Source: Burkholderiales bacterium (GTDB taxonomy: Bacteria; Pseudomonadota; Gammaproteobacteria; Burkholderiales; Eutrophovitaceae). Taken from it: DNA of 64,000 nt. The stretch is taken from positions 18,495 to 82,494 of the forward strand of contig JBBDIL010000018.1 in assembly GCA_040880425.1 (NCBI GenBank). Direction: 5' to 3'. Positions 1 to 9,169 of the stretch are shown here, piece by piece (within the stretch, counting starts at the first letter, position 1; each line of letters begins with the position of its first letter). The notes beneath the pieces are model-generated. The model saw only the letters and a program-made list of their open reading frames with translations, was not told the DNA's origin and ran no database searches. The position numbers and the translations under genes are program-made.

Positions 1-416
1 TCGCGTTTTCGTACATGGTGTTCACGCTGCCGTTCACCGTGTGGATTTTGACCGCCTTTCTGCGCGAGCTGCCGCAGGACCTGGAAGAAGCCGCGCTGAT
101 CGACGGCGCCAACGCGTGGCAGACATTGACGCACGTGTTCCTGCCGCTGCTGGCGCCGGCGATGGTCACCACCGGTTTGCTTGCCTTCATCGCCGCGTGG
201 AACGAGTTCCTGTTCGCGCTCACTTTTACCCTCACCAACGATCAGCGCACCGTCCCGGTCGCAATCGCGCTGATGAGCGGCGCCAGTCAGTACGAACTCC
301 CCTGGGGCAACATCATGGCCGCCTCGGTGATCGTCACCGTGCCGCTGATCGCGCTGGTCCTCGCCTTCCAGCGCCGCATCGTCGCCGGGTTGACGGCCGG
401 CGCAGTCAAAGGGTGA
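1..416 (+). CDS. Carbohydrate-type ABC transporter permease, C-terminal part (5' end outside window)
   Basis: The frame is open to the window edge. It has the EAA-type permease loop '[26 protein letters not shown]' followed by TM segments, as in MalG-like components. Stop TGA at 414-416. Confidence 0.85.
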   Translation, partial: AFSYMVFTLPFTVWILTAFLRELPQDLEEAALIDGANAWQTLTHVFLPLLAPAMVTTGLLAFIAAWNEFLFALTFTLTNDQRTVPVAIALMSGASQYELPWGNIMAASVIVTVPLIALVLAFQRRIVAGLTAGAVKG

Positions 417-493
417 GTCAATGAAGATTGCCTGATCCAGTCCCTTCGTCCACGGCCTGTCTCTTTGCCTTTGCTCGGTCCTCGCCACCCTGT

Positions 494-573
494 CCTCAGT
501 CCTGCCTATTCCCACTTCCCTTTCCCTGTTGCATCCGTCATCCTTCCGGCCCATATGCACCCGAAGGGGTGTC
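494..573. repeat. Composite intergenic repeat: CTCAGTCCT unit plus REP hairpin (reverse orientation)
   Basis: CCTCAGTCCT at 494-503. CATATGCACCCGAAGGGGTGTC at 552-573 is the reverse complement of the REP seen at 34387, 35249 and 38453. Confidence 0.7.
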
Positions 574-595
574 AACTGCGCTGTTTGTCGCCGCC

Positions 596-1072
596 ATGAT
601 CCGATACGCGTTGCTCGCCGCGGCCCTTCTGACGATCTCGCCGGTGCTTGCCGAATCGCCGGAAGAGTTTCTTGCGATCTACGCCGCGCAGGCCAGCGCC
701 GCCGATCCGCGCTTCAAGCGCTTTTCCGCCGAACGCGGCAAGGCGTTCTATTTCCGAAGACACAAGACGGACGACGGCGAGATGGCGTGCGCGTCCTGCC
801 ACAGGGAAGACCCCCGGCAAGGCATACACGGCCACCAGGATCGCAGCATTCCATGCCGCATGTGCCATCACTTCTACGACCTGCGAGAAGACGGAACCCC
901 GCGCTGGAAGCGCCACGTTCCCGCGCTCGCGCCATCCGCCAATCCCGACCGTTACACCGACACCGCGCTGGTGGAAAAATGGCTCGGCCACAACTGCCGG
1001 TTGCTGCTGAACCGCGAATGCACGCCTGTGGAGAAAGGCGACGTACTCACCTGGCTGCTGACGGTGAAGTGA
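596..1072 (+). CDS. DUF1924-like periplasmic diheme c-type cytochrome
   Basis: ATG at 596 precedes the signal peptide 'MIRYALLAAALLTISPVLA'. There are two CXXCH motifs (CASCH, CRMCH). The track ORF from 428 is an artificial extension through intergenic repeats. Confidence 0.75.
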   Translation: MIRYALLAAALLTISPVLAESPEEFLAIYAAQASAADPRFKRFSAERGKAFYFRRHKTDDGEMACASCHREDPRQGIHGHQDRSIPCRMCHHFYDLREDGTPRWKRHVPALAPSANPDRYTDTALVEKWLGHNCRLLLNRECTPVEKGDVLTWLLTVK

Positions 1073-1254
1073 CGCGCCTGCAACATCCATGGCTGTCGTC
1101 GCGAGACGGCACGACGGCACGACGGGCCGACGTGGCGATCTCGCGGTGAGTGTTTGCGGCGCGAGGTTCTGGAGTGCCTTCGGCGCCGTGCCCCGGTAGC
1201 AGATCCGGGAATACTCTGTAGCATTCGGTTCAGATCGAACGGAGGAGGAAAGCA

Positions 1255-2232
1255 ATGCAGTACAGAACGTTTGGCCGCACCGGCCTGCAGGTATCAGAAG
1301 TGGTATTCGGCGGCGGCTGGGTCGGCGGGGTGCTGATTCACCAGGACGACGACACCAAGCTGAAAACCCTGCGCCGGGCGATGGATGCCGGTATCAACTG
1401 GATCGATACCGCGCCGAGTTACGGCAAGGGCCAGTCGGAGCAGGCGCTGGGCTGGCTGCTGAAAGAGATCGACTCGACGCCGCGCATTTCCACCAAGGTC
1501 ATGCTCGATACCGCGAAGCTGGACGACATCGTCGGACAAGTCGAGCGCAGCCTGCACGAAAGCCTGACGCGGCTCGACCGCGGATCGGTCGACCTGCTGC
1601 AGCTGCACAATCCGATCGAAGCGGAAACGAAAGGCAACGCCGTCACGCCGGAGCAGGTGCTGCGCAAAGGCGGCGTCGCCGATGCGCTCGAACGCGTGCG
1701 CGAACAAGGGCTCGCCGATTTCATCGGCATTACCGCGCTAGGCGAAGCGGCCAGCCTGTGCAAGGCGATCGACAGCGGCCGCCTCGACAGCGCGCAGGTG
1801 TACTACAACATACTCAATCCCAGCGCGGGACGGGCGATGCCCGCGAAATGGAGCGGACATGATTTCGGCAACCTGCTCGCCGGCTGCAAGGCGCAGAACA
1901 TGGGCACGATGGCAATCCGCGTGTTCGCCGCCGGCGTGCTCGCCACCGACGAACGGCACGGGCGGGAAGTGATCATCACGCGCGATTCCGACGTCGCCAC
2001 CGAGGAAGGCCGCGCGCACGCGGTATTTGCCGCGCTCGGCAACGCGCACGGCACGCGCCAGCAGACTGCGCTGCGCTTCGTACTCGCCAATCCGGATCTC
2101 TCCTGCGCCGTCATCGGCCTCGCCGAGCTGGCGCACCTGGAGGAAGCCCTCGCCGGCGCTGCCAAAGGCCCGTTGCCGAAGCCGGCGATGAACCAGCTGG
2201 AAGCGCTGTACGCCGCGAACTTTGGAGTCTGA
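1255..2232 (+). CDS. Aldo/keto reductase family oxidoreductase
   Basis: RBS GGAGGAGGA lies upstream of ATG 1255. The N-terminus 'MQYRTFGRTGLQVSEVVFGG' and the motif 'INWIDTAPSYGKGQSE' are typical of the AKR family. Confidence 0.9.
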   Translation: MQYRTFGRTGLQVSEVVFGGGWVGGVLIHQDDDTKLKTLRRAMDAGINWIDTAPSYGKGQSEQALGWLLKEIDSTPRISTKVMLDTAKLDDIVGQVERSLHESLTRLDRGSVDLLQLHNPIEAETKGNAVTPEQVLRKGGVADALERVREQGLADFIGITALGEAASLCKAIDSGRLDSAQVYYNILNPSAGRAMPAKWSGHDFGNLLAGCKAQNMGTMAIRVFAAGVLATDERHGREVIITRDSDVATEEGRAHAVFAALGNAHGTRQQTALRFVLANPDLSCAVIGLAELAHLEEALAGAAKGPLPKPAMNQLEALYAANFGV

Positions 2233-2242
2233 ACGCTAAAGC

Positions 2243-2500
2243 AGGACTGAGGACTGAGTGAAAAGGACTGAGTAAAGACAAGAAAGAATACGAGATCGCC
2301 ACGGCCTCCGGTCTCGCGATGACAACATGCGGCATAGCCGCCTGTTGCGGCGCAGGCTAACGCTTCGCGAAGCGCAGCGTGATGCCGCAGGCACAATTCC
2401 ACGGCCGTCATTGCGAAGGCGCAAAGCGCCTGTGGCAATCTCGCTTTTCACTCAGTCCTCAGTCCTCGAACCTCAGTCCTGTTCTTTCCCCTCAGTCCTG
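2243..2500. repeat. Nested near-symmetric palindromic composite element (about 260 bp)
   Basis: The left arm is (AGGACTGAG)n-GTGAAAAG, then GAGATCGCC...CTCGCGATGAC (2292-2323). The right arm is GTCATTGCGA...GGCAATCTC (2407-2442), then GCTTTTCAC-(CTCAGTCCT)n. The centre is CGCTTCGCGAAGCG (2361-2374). Confidence 0.85.
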
Positions 2501-2572
2501 ATCTTTATTGGGTTACGATATGTACGAACACGCACCGAATTCCCGCATCACGAAAAAGAAAACGTCAAAGCC

Positions 2573-5500
2573 GTGAATCTGCAAACCCGGCGTCTGCTCG
2601 CGCTGCTCGATTACGCACAGGAATCGATGCGCGCTCGCTCGGGAGCAGTTTCCAACGTGGCGGCGCATGACAGCTTCCTGCTGTTCGCCCATCAGGCGCA
2701 GGACCTGGAAGGCGTGCGCCTCAACCCCGCACCCGACACCGACGACGAAATCTGGCTTTCGGTGGCGCATCCGCCGAGCCCGGAGCTGCCGCCCGAGCCG
2801 GACAGCCCCTGGCTAGAGCCCTGGCTGAACGTGGGCGCGCCGCTGCTGGCCGCGCCGGGACTGGCGGACGCAATCGACGGCGCGGCGCTGATCGCCGCAG
2901 GAACGCATTGCGATGCCGGTCAATCGACCGCGAACCTGAGCGACGCCGCCGATCCGTCGGTCGAACCGGGCGCGCGAATCCCGTTTGCCGAGTATCCGTT
3001 CCGTGCCGAGGTGGAGGAACAGCACGCGCGCTATCTCGAATCCGCATGGCAGCCTTGGGCCGAGCGCGAGCGTCGGCGCCGCCGCCTGTCGCAGTTCTAC
3101 GTCAAGCTCTTCACGCTGCACCAGCAGATTCACGGCGCGCTCACCGAGAACCAGCTCGAACTGGTCTGGGGCATGGGCGTGGCGACGCGCCGCCAGGGTG
3201 ACACGGTGCAGGCTTATCCGCTGGTGACGCGAATGGTCGATGTCGGTTTCGACCGTGAGACGCAGGCGGCGGAAGTGCGGCCGCGCGACATTTCCCCGCG
3301 TTTCGAATTCGAGGCCTTCGTCGCTCCAGATCATCCCGCCGTGGCCGAAGCGGAGAAAGCGGCCGCGCAGTTTCTGGCTGCCGCAACGGTGCCGGTGTCG
3401 CCTTTCGAGCGCGACAGCTATCGGCCGCTGGTCGAGCTGGCGCGCAAGGCGATCGAGGCAGCAGCCGGGCAGGGCGACAGCGAGATCAGCGTTTCCGACG
3501 ACTGGGTGCTTTTTGCGCGCCCGCGCGGCAGCGGTGTGCTGATGCAGGATCTCGAACGCCTGCGCAGCGCAGTAAAGGATGGCGACGGCGAAACGCTGCC
3601 GGCCGCGGTGGCTGCACTCGTGACCGAACCGGCGGACGATGCGGCGCCGGTGCAACTCCCCGCGTTTCGCGGCTACAGCGCGGCGTATCACGAGAACATC
3701 GAATCCGCCACCGCGCAGGATCTTTTCTTTACCAAGCCGTTCAACGATGAGCAGGCGCGCGTCGCGCAGTTGCTCGAAGTCGCCGACGGCGTGGTGGTGC
3801 AGGGCCCGCCCGGCACGGGCAAGACGCACACCATCGCCAACATCATCTGCCACTGGCTTGCCACCGGCCGCCGCGTGCTGGTGACTTCCATGCGCGACCC
3901 TGCACTGTCCATCCTCCGCGAGATGCTGCCCGCCGAGATCCGCCCGCTGGCAATTTCGCTGCTCGCCTCGGAGCAGGAAGGCATGAAACAGTTCGAGCAG
4001 TCGATCGAAAAGATCGCTTCGGAAGTGCAGGGCCTCGACCGCGAAGCGCTGTGCGTGGAGATCGCGCGGCAGGAAGAGGCGGTCGATGCGATGCAGGCGC
4101 GGCTCGCGCGCATCGACATCGATCTCGGCCGCTGGGCCAAGCTGAACCTGTCGCGTATCGAGCTCGAGGGCGAGCAGGTCGATCCGCAGGATGCCGCTGC
4201 CGAAGTCGTCGCGCACCTTGGCCGGTCCGAGTGGATTCCGGACGCGCTCGGCGTCGCTTCGAAGTACGCGCCGCGCTTCACCGCCGATGACGTCGCGGCG
4301 CTGCGCGCTGCGCGTGCCCGGCTCGGCGCCGACATCGAATACGCGCGCTGCAACCTGCCGTCGCCGGACGGATTCCCCGATGCAATCGCGCTGGCCAAGG
4401 CGCATGACGAGCTGCAGCGCTTGGCGCGACTGTCGGAAGAGTCGCGCGCCAGCGAGCTGCCATGGCCGGCCGACGCCGGCGCCGACACCATCGCCGCTGC
4501 GGGTGCGCTCGCGCAGGCCGTGCAGCGAGTGAAGTCGCAGCGCGAAGCACTGATCCCCGCGCGCCTGCCCTGGAGCGACGAAACGGTCTCGAGCCTGCGC
4601 CGTGGCGAACCTGCCGCCGCATGCCAGGCGCTCGATGCGCTCGGCGTCGAACTCGAGCAGGTGGCCGCGCAGCGCACCGCGTTTCTCGAGCGCCCGGTGC
4701 TGGTACCGGAGGCGGGGCTGAACGATGTCACCTTCGTGCAAGCGATCAGTAATCTTGCACAGGGCCGGCGCGCATTCGGCCTGCAGCTGTTCGGCAAGGG
4801 GGACACGCGCAAGCTGCTCGACGCGGTGAAGGTGAGCGGCGTGTCACCGGCGAACGAGAAAGACTGGCAGCACGTCGCCGCATTCATCGCGCTGCAGCGC
4901 AAGCGACGCGAACTCACCGTGCGCTGGAACGCGCTCGCACCCGAACTCGGCCTGCGCACCGTGCTCGCGGTCGACGCCAGGGGGCAGTTGTCCGCGGAGG
5001 CGCAATACGCATTGATCAAGGCGATCCGCCAGCTTGCGCAGATGCAGCGCCAGCTTACGCTGCAGGTGGCGCAGGTGTTTCCGGGTTGGATGCGCGCCGG
5101 CGCGCTGGCCGAAGACCCTGCGGCGCTCGACGAGCTTTCCGCCGCGCTCGAATACCACCTCAACCGGCACCGGCTGGGGGAAGTCGCAGCGCTGGTGGAT
5201 AAAGTGAACGCCAGGCTCGAGGGCAGCGGCGGGCGCCTGGTCGATGCCATGCGGATTTTCGTGTCCCGGCGACTCGGCAAACCCGCGCTGGACGAATCGG
5301 CGGCGGTTACCGCGTGGGGCGAGTTGATGATGGAACTCGAACGCCTGCATGCGAAACGCGATCAGCTGCGCACGGTCGATCGAGTCAGCGGGCTGATTGC
5401 GGAATCCGGCGCGCCGAAACTCGCGCAGGCCCTGCTGCAGCCGGCGGATGGTACAGGCGACACGCTGCTGCCCGACAGTTTTTTGCGGGACTGGCGGCTG

Positions 5501-7108
5501 CGTCGTCTCGCCACGCACCTGGCGATCATCGACTCGCAGGACGAAGTCAGAAAACTTTCTGCGGCGCGCGCGGCGATCGAACACGATCTCGCGCGCACTT
5601 ACCAGGACCTCGTGGTCAAGCGTACCTGGCTCAAGCTTGCGGAAAGCGTCACGCCGGGCGTGCGCGCCGCGCTGCAGGGTTACCTGAACGCGATCCAGCG
5701 CATCGGCAAGGGCACCGGGAAGCGCGCCTATCGCTACCGTCAGGACGCGCGCTACGCTGCCTCCGAGGCGCACCGTGCGGTGCCGTGCTGGATCATGCCG
5801 CACCATCGCGTTTCCGAAGCGTTGCCGGCACAGCTCGGCTGCTTCGATCTGGTGGTGATCGACGAGGCATCGCAGTCCGATCTATCCGCGCTGCCGGTGC
5901 TGCTGCGCGCGAAGAAAGTGCTGGTGGTCGGCGACGACCGCCAGGTCTCGCCGCAGGTGATCGGCATGGAAGAAGAGCGCATCCGCTCGCTGATGCAGCG
6001 GCACCTCGGCGAGCAGGTGCCGCTGTACCGCGCGCAGCTCTCGCCTGAGCGCTCGGTGTACGACTTCGCCAAAGTGGTGTTCGCCAACAGCAGCGTGATG
6101 CTGCGCGAGCATTTCCGCTGCGTGGCGCCGATCATCGAGTACTGCAAACGCGAGTTCTACAACCACGAACTGCGACCGCTGCGGTTGCCGCGCAATTCCG
6201 AGCGCCTCGATCCGCCGCTGCTCGACGTGGTGGTCACCGACGGCCGGCGCGAGAACGGTGTCAACGCGCAGGAGGTGGATTACATCGTGCGCGACATCCG
6301 CCGGCTTGCAGGGGACCCGAGGATGGCCGGGCGCAGCATCGGCGTGGTGTCGCTGCTGGGAGAAGAACAGGCATTGCGCATCTGGGAGCGGTTGCTGGAA
6401 GAGATCGGGCCCGAAGCCATGCGCCAGTACGACATCACCTGCGGCGACGCGCGCATGTTCCAGGGCCGCGAACGCAGTGTCATGTATCTGTCTATGGTTG
6501 CCGCGCCGAACGACATGGGCCCGGCGCTGGCGCACGACGTGTTCGCGCAGCGCTTCAACGTCGCCGCCTCACGCGCGCGCGACCAGATGATCCTGGTGCG
6601 CTCGGTGGAACCGGATCAGCTCGCCGAATCCGATCGTTTGCGCCGCAGCCTGATCGAACATTTCGCACGCCCGTTCGGCGAACAGCCGCCGCGCGTGGCC
6701 GATGCGCGGGACCTGTGCGAATCCGATCTGGAGCGCGACATCTATGACTGGCTGAACGCCAGCGGCTACCGCGCGATGCCGCAGGTGAGGGTGGGCGCAT
6801 ACCGCATCGACCTCGTGGTGGAAGGCCCGGACGACACCCGGCTCGCGGTCGAGTGCGACGGCGACAAGTACCAGGGCCCCGAGCAGTGGGTGGAAGACAT
6901 GCGCCGCCAGCGCGCACTCGAACGCACCGGCTGGGTGTTCTGGCGCTGCTTCGCCACCAGCTTCCTTCGCCGCCGGGAAGCCGTGCTCGAAGACCTGCGT
7001 CGCGCACTCGAAGCGCAGGGCATCCAGCCCACCCGCTCGGGCGGCTGGGCCAGACGCCGCATCACCGAAACCCGCCGCGTAACCACCGCCATCCCCGCCG
7101 CCGCATAG
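2573..7108 (+). CDS. Large SF1 (Upf1/Dna2-like) helicase with long coiled-coil insert and C-terminal DUF559/Vsr-like endonuclease domain
   Basis: Walker A GPPGTGKT at 3803-3826 and DEAS at 5861-5872. Motif VI-like 'FNVAASRARDQMILVRS'. The C-terminus 'YRIDLVVEGPDDTRLAVECDGDKY...GWVFWRCF' looks restriction-endonuclease-like. The start is uncertain (GTG 2573 or ATG 2627). The track start at 2327 reads through repeats. Confidence 0.85.
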   Translation: MNLQTRRLLALLDYAQESMRARSGAVSNVAAHDSFLLFAHQAQDLEGVRLNPAPDTDDEIWLSVAHPPSPELPPEPDSPWLEPWLNVGAPLLAAPGLADAIDGAALIAAGTHCDAGQSTANLSDAADPSVEPGARIPFAEYPFRAEVEEQHARYLESAWQPWAERERRRRRLSQFYVKLFTLHQQIHGALTENQLELVWGMGVATRRQGDTVQAYPLVTRMVDVGFDRETQAAEVRPRDISPRFEFEAFVAPDHPAVAEAEKAAAQFLAAATVPVSPFERDSYRPLVELARKAIEAAAGQGDSEISVSDDWVLFARPRGSGVLMQDLERLRSAVKDGDGETLPAAVAALVTEPADDAAPVQLPAFRGYSAAYHENIESATAQDLFFTKPFNDEQARVAQLLEVADGVVVQGPPGTGKTHTIANIICHWLATGRRVLVTSMRDPALSILREMLPAEIRPLAISLLASEQEGMKQFEQSIEKIASEVQGLDREALCVEIARQEEAVDAMQARLARIDIDLGRWAKLNLSRIELEGEQVDPQDAAAEVVAHLGRSEWIPDALGVASKYAPRFTADDVAALRAARARLGADIEYARCNLPSPDGFPDAIALAKAHDELQRLARLSEESRASELPWPADAGADTIAAAGALAQAVQRVKSQREALIPARLPWSDETVSSLRRGEPAAACQALDALGVELEQVAAQRTAFLERPVLVPEAGLNDVTFVQAISNLAQGRRAFGLQLFGKGDTRKLLDAVKVSGVSPANEKDWQHVAAFIALQRKRRELTVRWNALAPELGLRTVLAVDARGQLSAEAQYALIKAIRQLAQMQRQLTLQVAQVFPGWMRAGALAEDPAALDELSAALEYHLNRHRLGEVAALVDKVNARLEGSGGRLVDAMRIFVSRRLGKPALDESAAVTAWGELMMELERLHAKRDQLRTVDRVSGLIAESGAPKLAQALLQPADGTGDTLLPDSFLRDWRLRRLATHLAIIDSQDEVRKLSAARAAIEHDLARTYQDLVVKRTWLKLAESVTPGVRAALQGYLNAIQRIGKGTGKRAYRYRQDARYAASEAHRAVPCWIMPHHRVSEALPAQLGCFDLVVIDEASQSDLSALPVLLRAKKVLVVGDDRQVSPQVIGMEEERIRSLMQRHLGEQVPLYRAQLSPERSVYDFAKVVFANSSVMLREHFRCVAPIIEYCKREFYNHELRPLRLPRNSERLDPPLLDVVVTDGRRENGVNAQEVDYIVRDIRRLAGDPRMAGRSIGVVSLLGEEQALRIWERLLEEIGPEAMRQYDITCGDARMFQGRERSVMYLSMVAAPNDMGPALAHDVFAQRFNVAASRARDQMILVRSVEPDQLAESDRLRRSLIEHFARPFGEQPPRVADARDLCESDLERDIYDWLNASGYRAMPQVRVGAYRIDLVVEGPDDTRLAVECDGDKYQGPEQWVEDMRRQRALERTGWVFWRCFATSFLRRREAVLEDLRRALEAQGIQPTRSGGWARRRITETRRVTTAIPAAA

Positions 7109-7212
7109 GCAGTGCGCAGCGACTGCGGCAATCTCGCCCTGGCTCAGTATTTTTCCCTCAGTCCAGTGTTCTCACTGTTCCCCTGGACTGTCTTCCCGGG
7201 TACCGGGCACCG
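7108..7212. repeat. Composite repeat: partial hairpin module, CTCAGT units and a GGTACCGGGCACC element
   Basis: GCAGTGCGCAGCGACTGCGGCAATCTCGC, then CTCAGT... units, then CCCGGGTACCGGGCACCGG (7195-7212). Confidence 0.65.
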
Positions 7213-7273
7213 GCTTGCCCTCCCCCTTGCCCCTCGTTTACCCTAGGTCTCATTCCACCCAGCGCTTCTCCCC

Positions 7274-7651
7274 ATGTCCGAAGCCATCACGCAATTCGAG
7301 GCCCTCGAAGCCGAGGCTTTGCGCTACAAGGCGCAGACATCCGGCGATTTTGCCGCGCTCGAGAAGATGATCGGCGACGATCTCGTTTACTATCATTCCA
7401 GCGCGGTGATCGACGATAAGGCGAGTTACATCGAATCGATGCGCTCGGGCCTGGTGACGTACCGCAACATGACCCGCGGCGAAGTGAACGTGCGGTGCTT
7501 CGACAGCATCGCGATCATCACCGGCAATGCAAAATTCGAAGTCACGGTGAAAGATCAGGAAAAGACGCTCGACCTGCTGTTCCATGCGATTTGGGCAAAG
7601 CGGGAAGGCGCGGTACAGTTCGTATCCTGGCAGTCCACGAGACGCGCTTGA
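7274..7651 (+). CDS. NTF2-like / DUF4440 (SnoaL-like) family protein
   Basis: A 125-aa ORF with high GC3. The pattern 'DDLVYYHSSAVIDDKASYIESM...FHAIWAKREGAVQFVSWQST' is typical of the NTF2-like fold. Confidence 0.7.
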   Translation: MSEAITQFEALEAEALRYKAQTSGDFAALEKMIGDDLVYYHSSAVIDDKASYIESMRSGLVTYRNMTRGEVNVRCFDSIAIITGNAKFEVTVKDQEKTLDLLFHAIWAKREGAVQFVSWQSTRRA

Positions 7652-7869
7652 TGGCGAAATCGAAGAAATCCAAACCTCCCGCATCCGGCGCCAAGGCCAA
7701 GGCCGCAAAGGCGCAGCCTGACAAGGTTCGGGGCGGGAAATCTGCAGGCAGCAAGCCGGCTGTGGGTGCGGCGAAATCCGCACCCACGGCCGCGGAGCCG
7801 CGCAGCCCGACGCCGAAGTCTGCGCAACCCGCCAAGCAAACATCCGAAACCAGAAAGGAAAGGCCCGCA

Positions 7870-8613
7870 ATGCCCACGCTTCTGTTCTACAACAAACCGG
7901 TTCTGCTCAATCGCGAAGCCCATCGAAACCTGAAGCTGCGCGCGGTACCGTCGTTCGCGTTCGCCGCGGCCACCAATTCCGTTCCGCTCTCCGGCATCGA
8001 ATTCGCCGCCGCGGCGCGCCAGATGCCCATCGTCTTCATCAACGATGCGAACCAGCAGCCGGCGCCGATCGCACTGCTCGGCCTGCGCAAGGACGAGAAC
8101 CTGTTCATCGATGCCGACGGGCGCTGGGACGGCAGCTACGTCCCGGCGTTTATCCGCCGCTATCCGTACGTGCTCGGCGACAAAGGCCTGCCAGATGAAT
8201 TCAACGTCTGCATCGACGAAGAATTTCCGGGCTTCAATACCGAAGAGGGCGACCCCCTGTTCAACGAAGACGGCAGCGAAAGCGACGCACTCAAGCGCGC
8301 GATGGATTTCCTGAACGCCTATCAGGCGGACGCCAAGCGCACGCAGGCGTTCTGCGCGGAACTCAATCGTCTCGACCTGCTCGTGCCGCAGGTGATTACC
8401 GTCAACCTCAAGGACGGCAAGAAGTCGAACCTCGACGGCTTCAGCCTCGTCGACGAGAAACGCCTCGCGCAACTGAGCGACGCGGACGCCGGCAATCTTC
8501 TGCGCAGCGGCTACCTCGGCTGGATTTATGCGCACCTGCTCTCGACCCACAACGTAAACGAACTCGCCCGCCGCCTCGACCCGCGCATGACCGAGACCCG
8601 CAAGTCCGCGTAG
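7870..8613 (+). CDS. SapC family protein
   Basis: The 248 aa from 'MPTLLFYNKPVLLNREAHRNLKL' match the usual SapC length and N-terminus. AAGGAAAGG lies upstream of ATG 7870. An alternative in-frame ATG at 7651 would add a 73-aa Ala/Lys/Pro-rich tail (see findings). Confidence 0.75.
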   Translation: MPTLLFYNKPVLLNREAHRNLKLRAVPSFAFAAATNSVPLSGIEFAAAARQMPIVFINDANQQPAPIALLGLRKDENLFIDADGRWDGSYVPAFIRRYPYVLGDKGLPDEFNVCIDEEFPGFNTEEGDPLFNEDGSESDALKRAMDFLNAYQADAKRTQAFCAELNRLDLLVPQVITVNLKDGKKSNLDGFSLVDEKRLAQLSDADAGNLLRSGYLGWIYAHLLSTHNVNELARRLDPRMTETRKSA

Positions 8614-8643
8614 CGCAGACCAGCAGCGGGCACCGGAGCAGAA

Positions 8644-8675
8644 GAGGCGAGATCGATCTCGCCTCTTTATCTTTG
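8644..8675 (+). terminator. Rho-independent terminator downstream of the SapC gene
   Basis: Perfect palindrome AGAGGCGAGATC/GATCTCGCCTCT (8644-8667) followed by TTATCTTT. Confidence 0.6.
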
Positions 8676-8899
8676 CGCTATCCCTGATCCACGCCCGGTG
8701 GAGGCATACTCAGAACAGCAGCGCAAGTATCCTGGGTATCATCGTGCGAGCGTTCCGTTGCGACCCCGGTATCTGGAAGACGCCTGGAAGAACATGTAAG
8801 ACCTTCGGCTTTGCCGGGCGATGCTTGCTCGCTTCAGCGAAGACAGAGAAGAAAGTGCGTTCAGATTGAGTGCTCATCGATGATTGCCGCCACTTCCGC

Positions 8900-9169
8900 A
8901 TGACGGCCTGGAGCGTCTATATCGTTCGCTGCGCGGACGATACGCTGTATACGGGAATAGCGAAGGACGTAGCGCGACGGGTGGAAGAGCACAACTCGAA
9001 CGGGGTTCTTGCCGCCAGCTACACGCGTGCCCGGCGTCCGGTGGTGTTGGTGTACCAGGAAGCGGTGGCGTCGCGATCGGATGCATTGAAGCGCGAGTAT
9101 CAGATCAAGCAGATGAGCAGAAAAGCGAAAGAGCGTTTGCTGGGCTGGGAAGCAGGTGCCGACAACTGA
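8900..9169 (+). CDS. GIY-YIG nuclease family protein (UPF0213/YhbQ-like)
   Basis: 'WSVYIVRCADDTLYTGIAKDVARRVEEHN' is the GIY-YIG signature. About 90 aa. An upstream in-frame GTG at 8870 is also possible. Confidence 0.85.
   Translation: MTAWSVYIVRCADDTLYTGIAKDVARRVEEHNSNGVLAASYTRARRPVVLVYQEAVASRSDALKREYQIKQMSRKAKERLLGWEAGADN

Noticed and set aside
428-595. N-terminal extensions of true genes through repeats (428-595; also 2327-2572, 35252-35305, 38355-38672, 43440-43583, 43637-43684)
   Set aside because: The extended parts translate repeat elements ('SSVLSPQS', 'HMHPKGCHP', 'FVPSCLRVSL'). Internal starts with signal peptides, RBSs or family-typical N-termini exist downstream.
2813-5280. 642-aa and 530-aa ORFs antisense to the large helicase gene
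   Set aside because: These are shadow ORFs with Arg/Ala-rich composition. The sense frame has helicase motifs and better coding statistics.
8861-8872. Shared 12-mer TCAGATTGAGTG upstream of both small nuclease genes (also at 16117-16128, before yajD)
   Set aside because: Roughly 100 chance 12-mer matches are expected within 64 kb. There is no extended similarity around the match, so it is likely a coincidence.
8710-8901. 63-aa minus-strand ORF in the lower-GC gap before the GIY-YIG gene
   Set aside because: GC3 and codon usage are poor, there is no RBS or recognisable motif, and it overlaps the probable GIY-YIG promoter and start.
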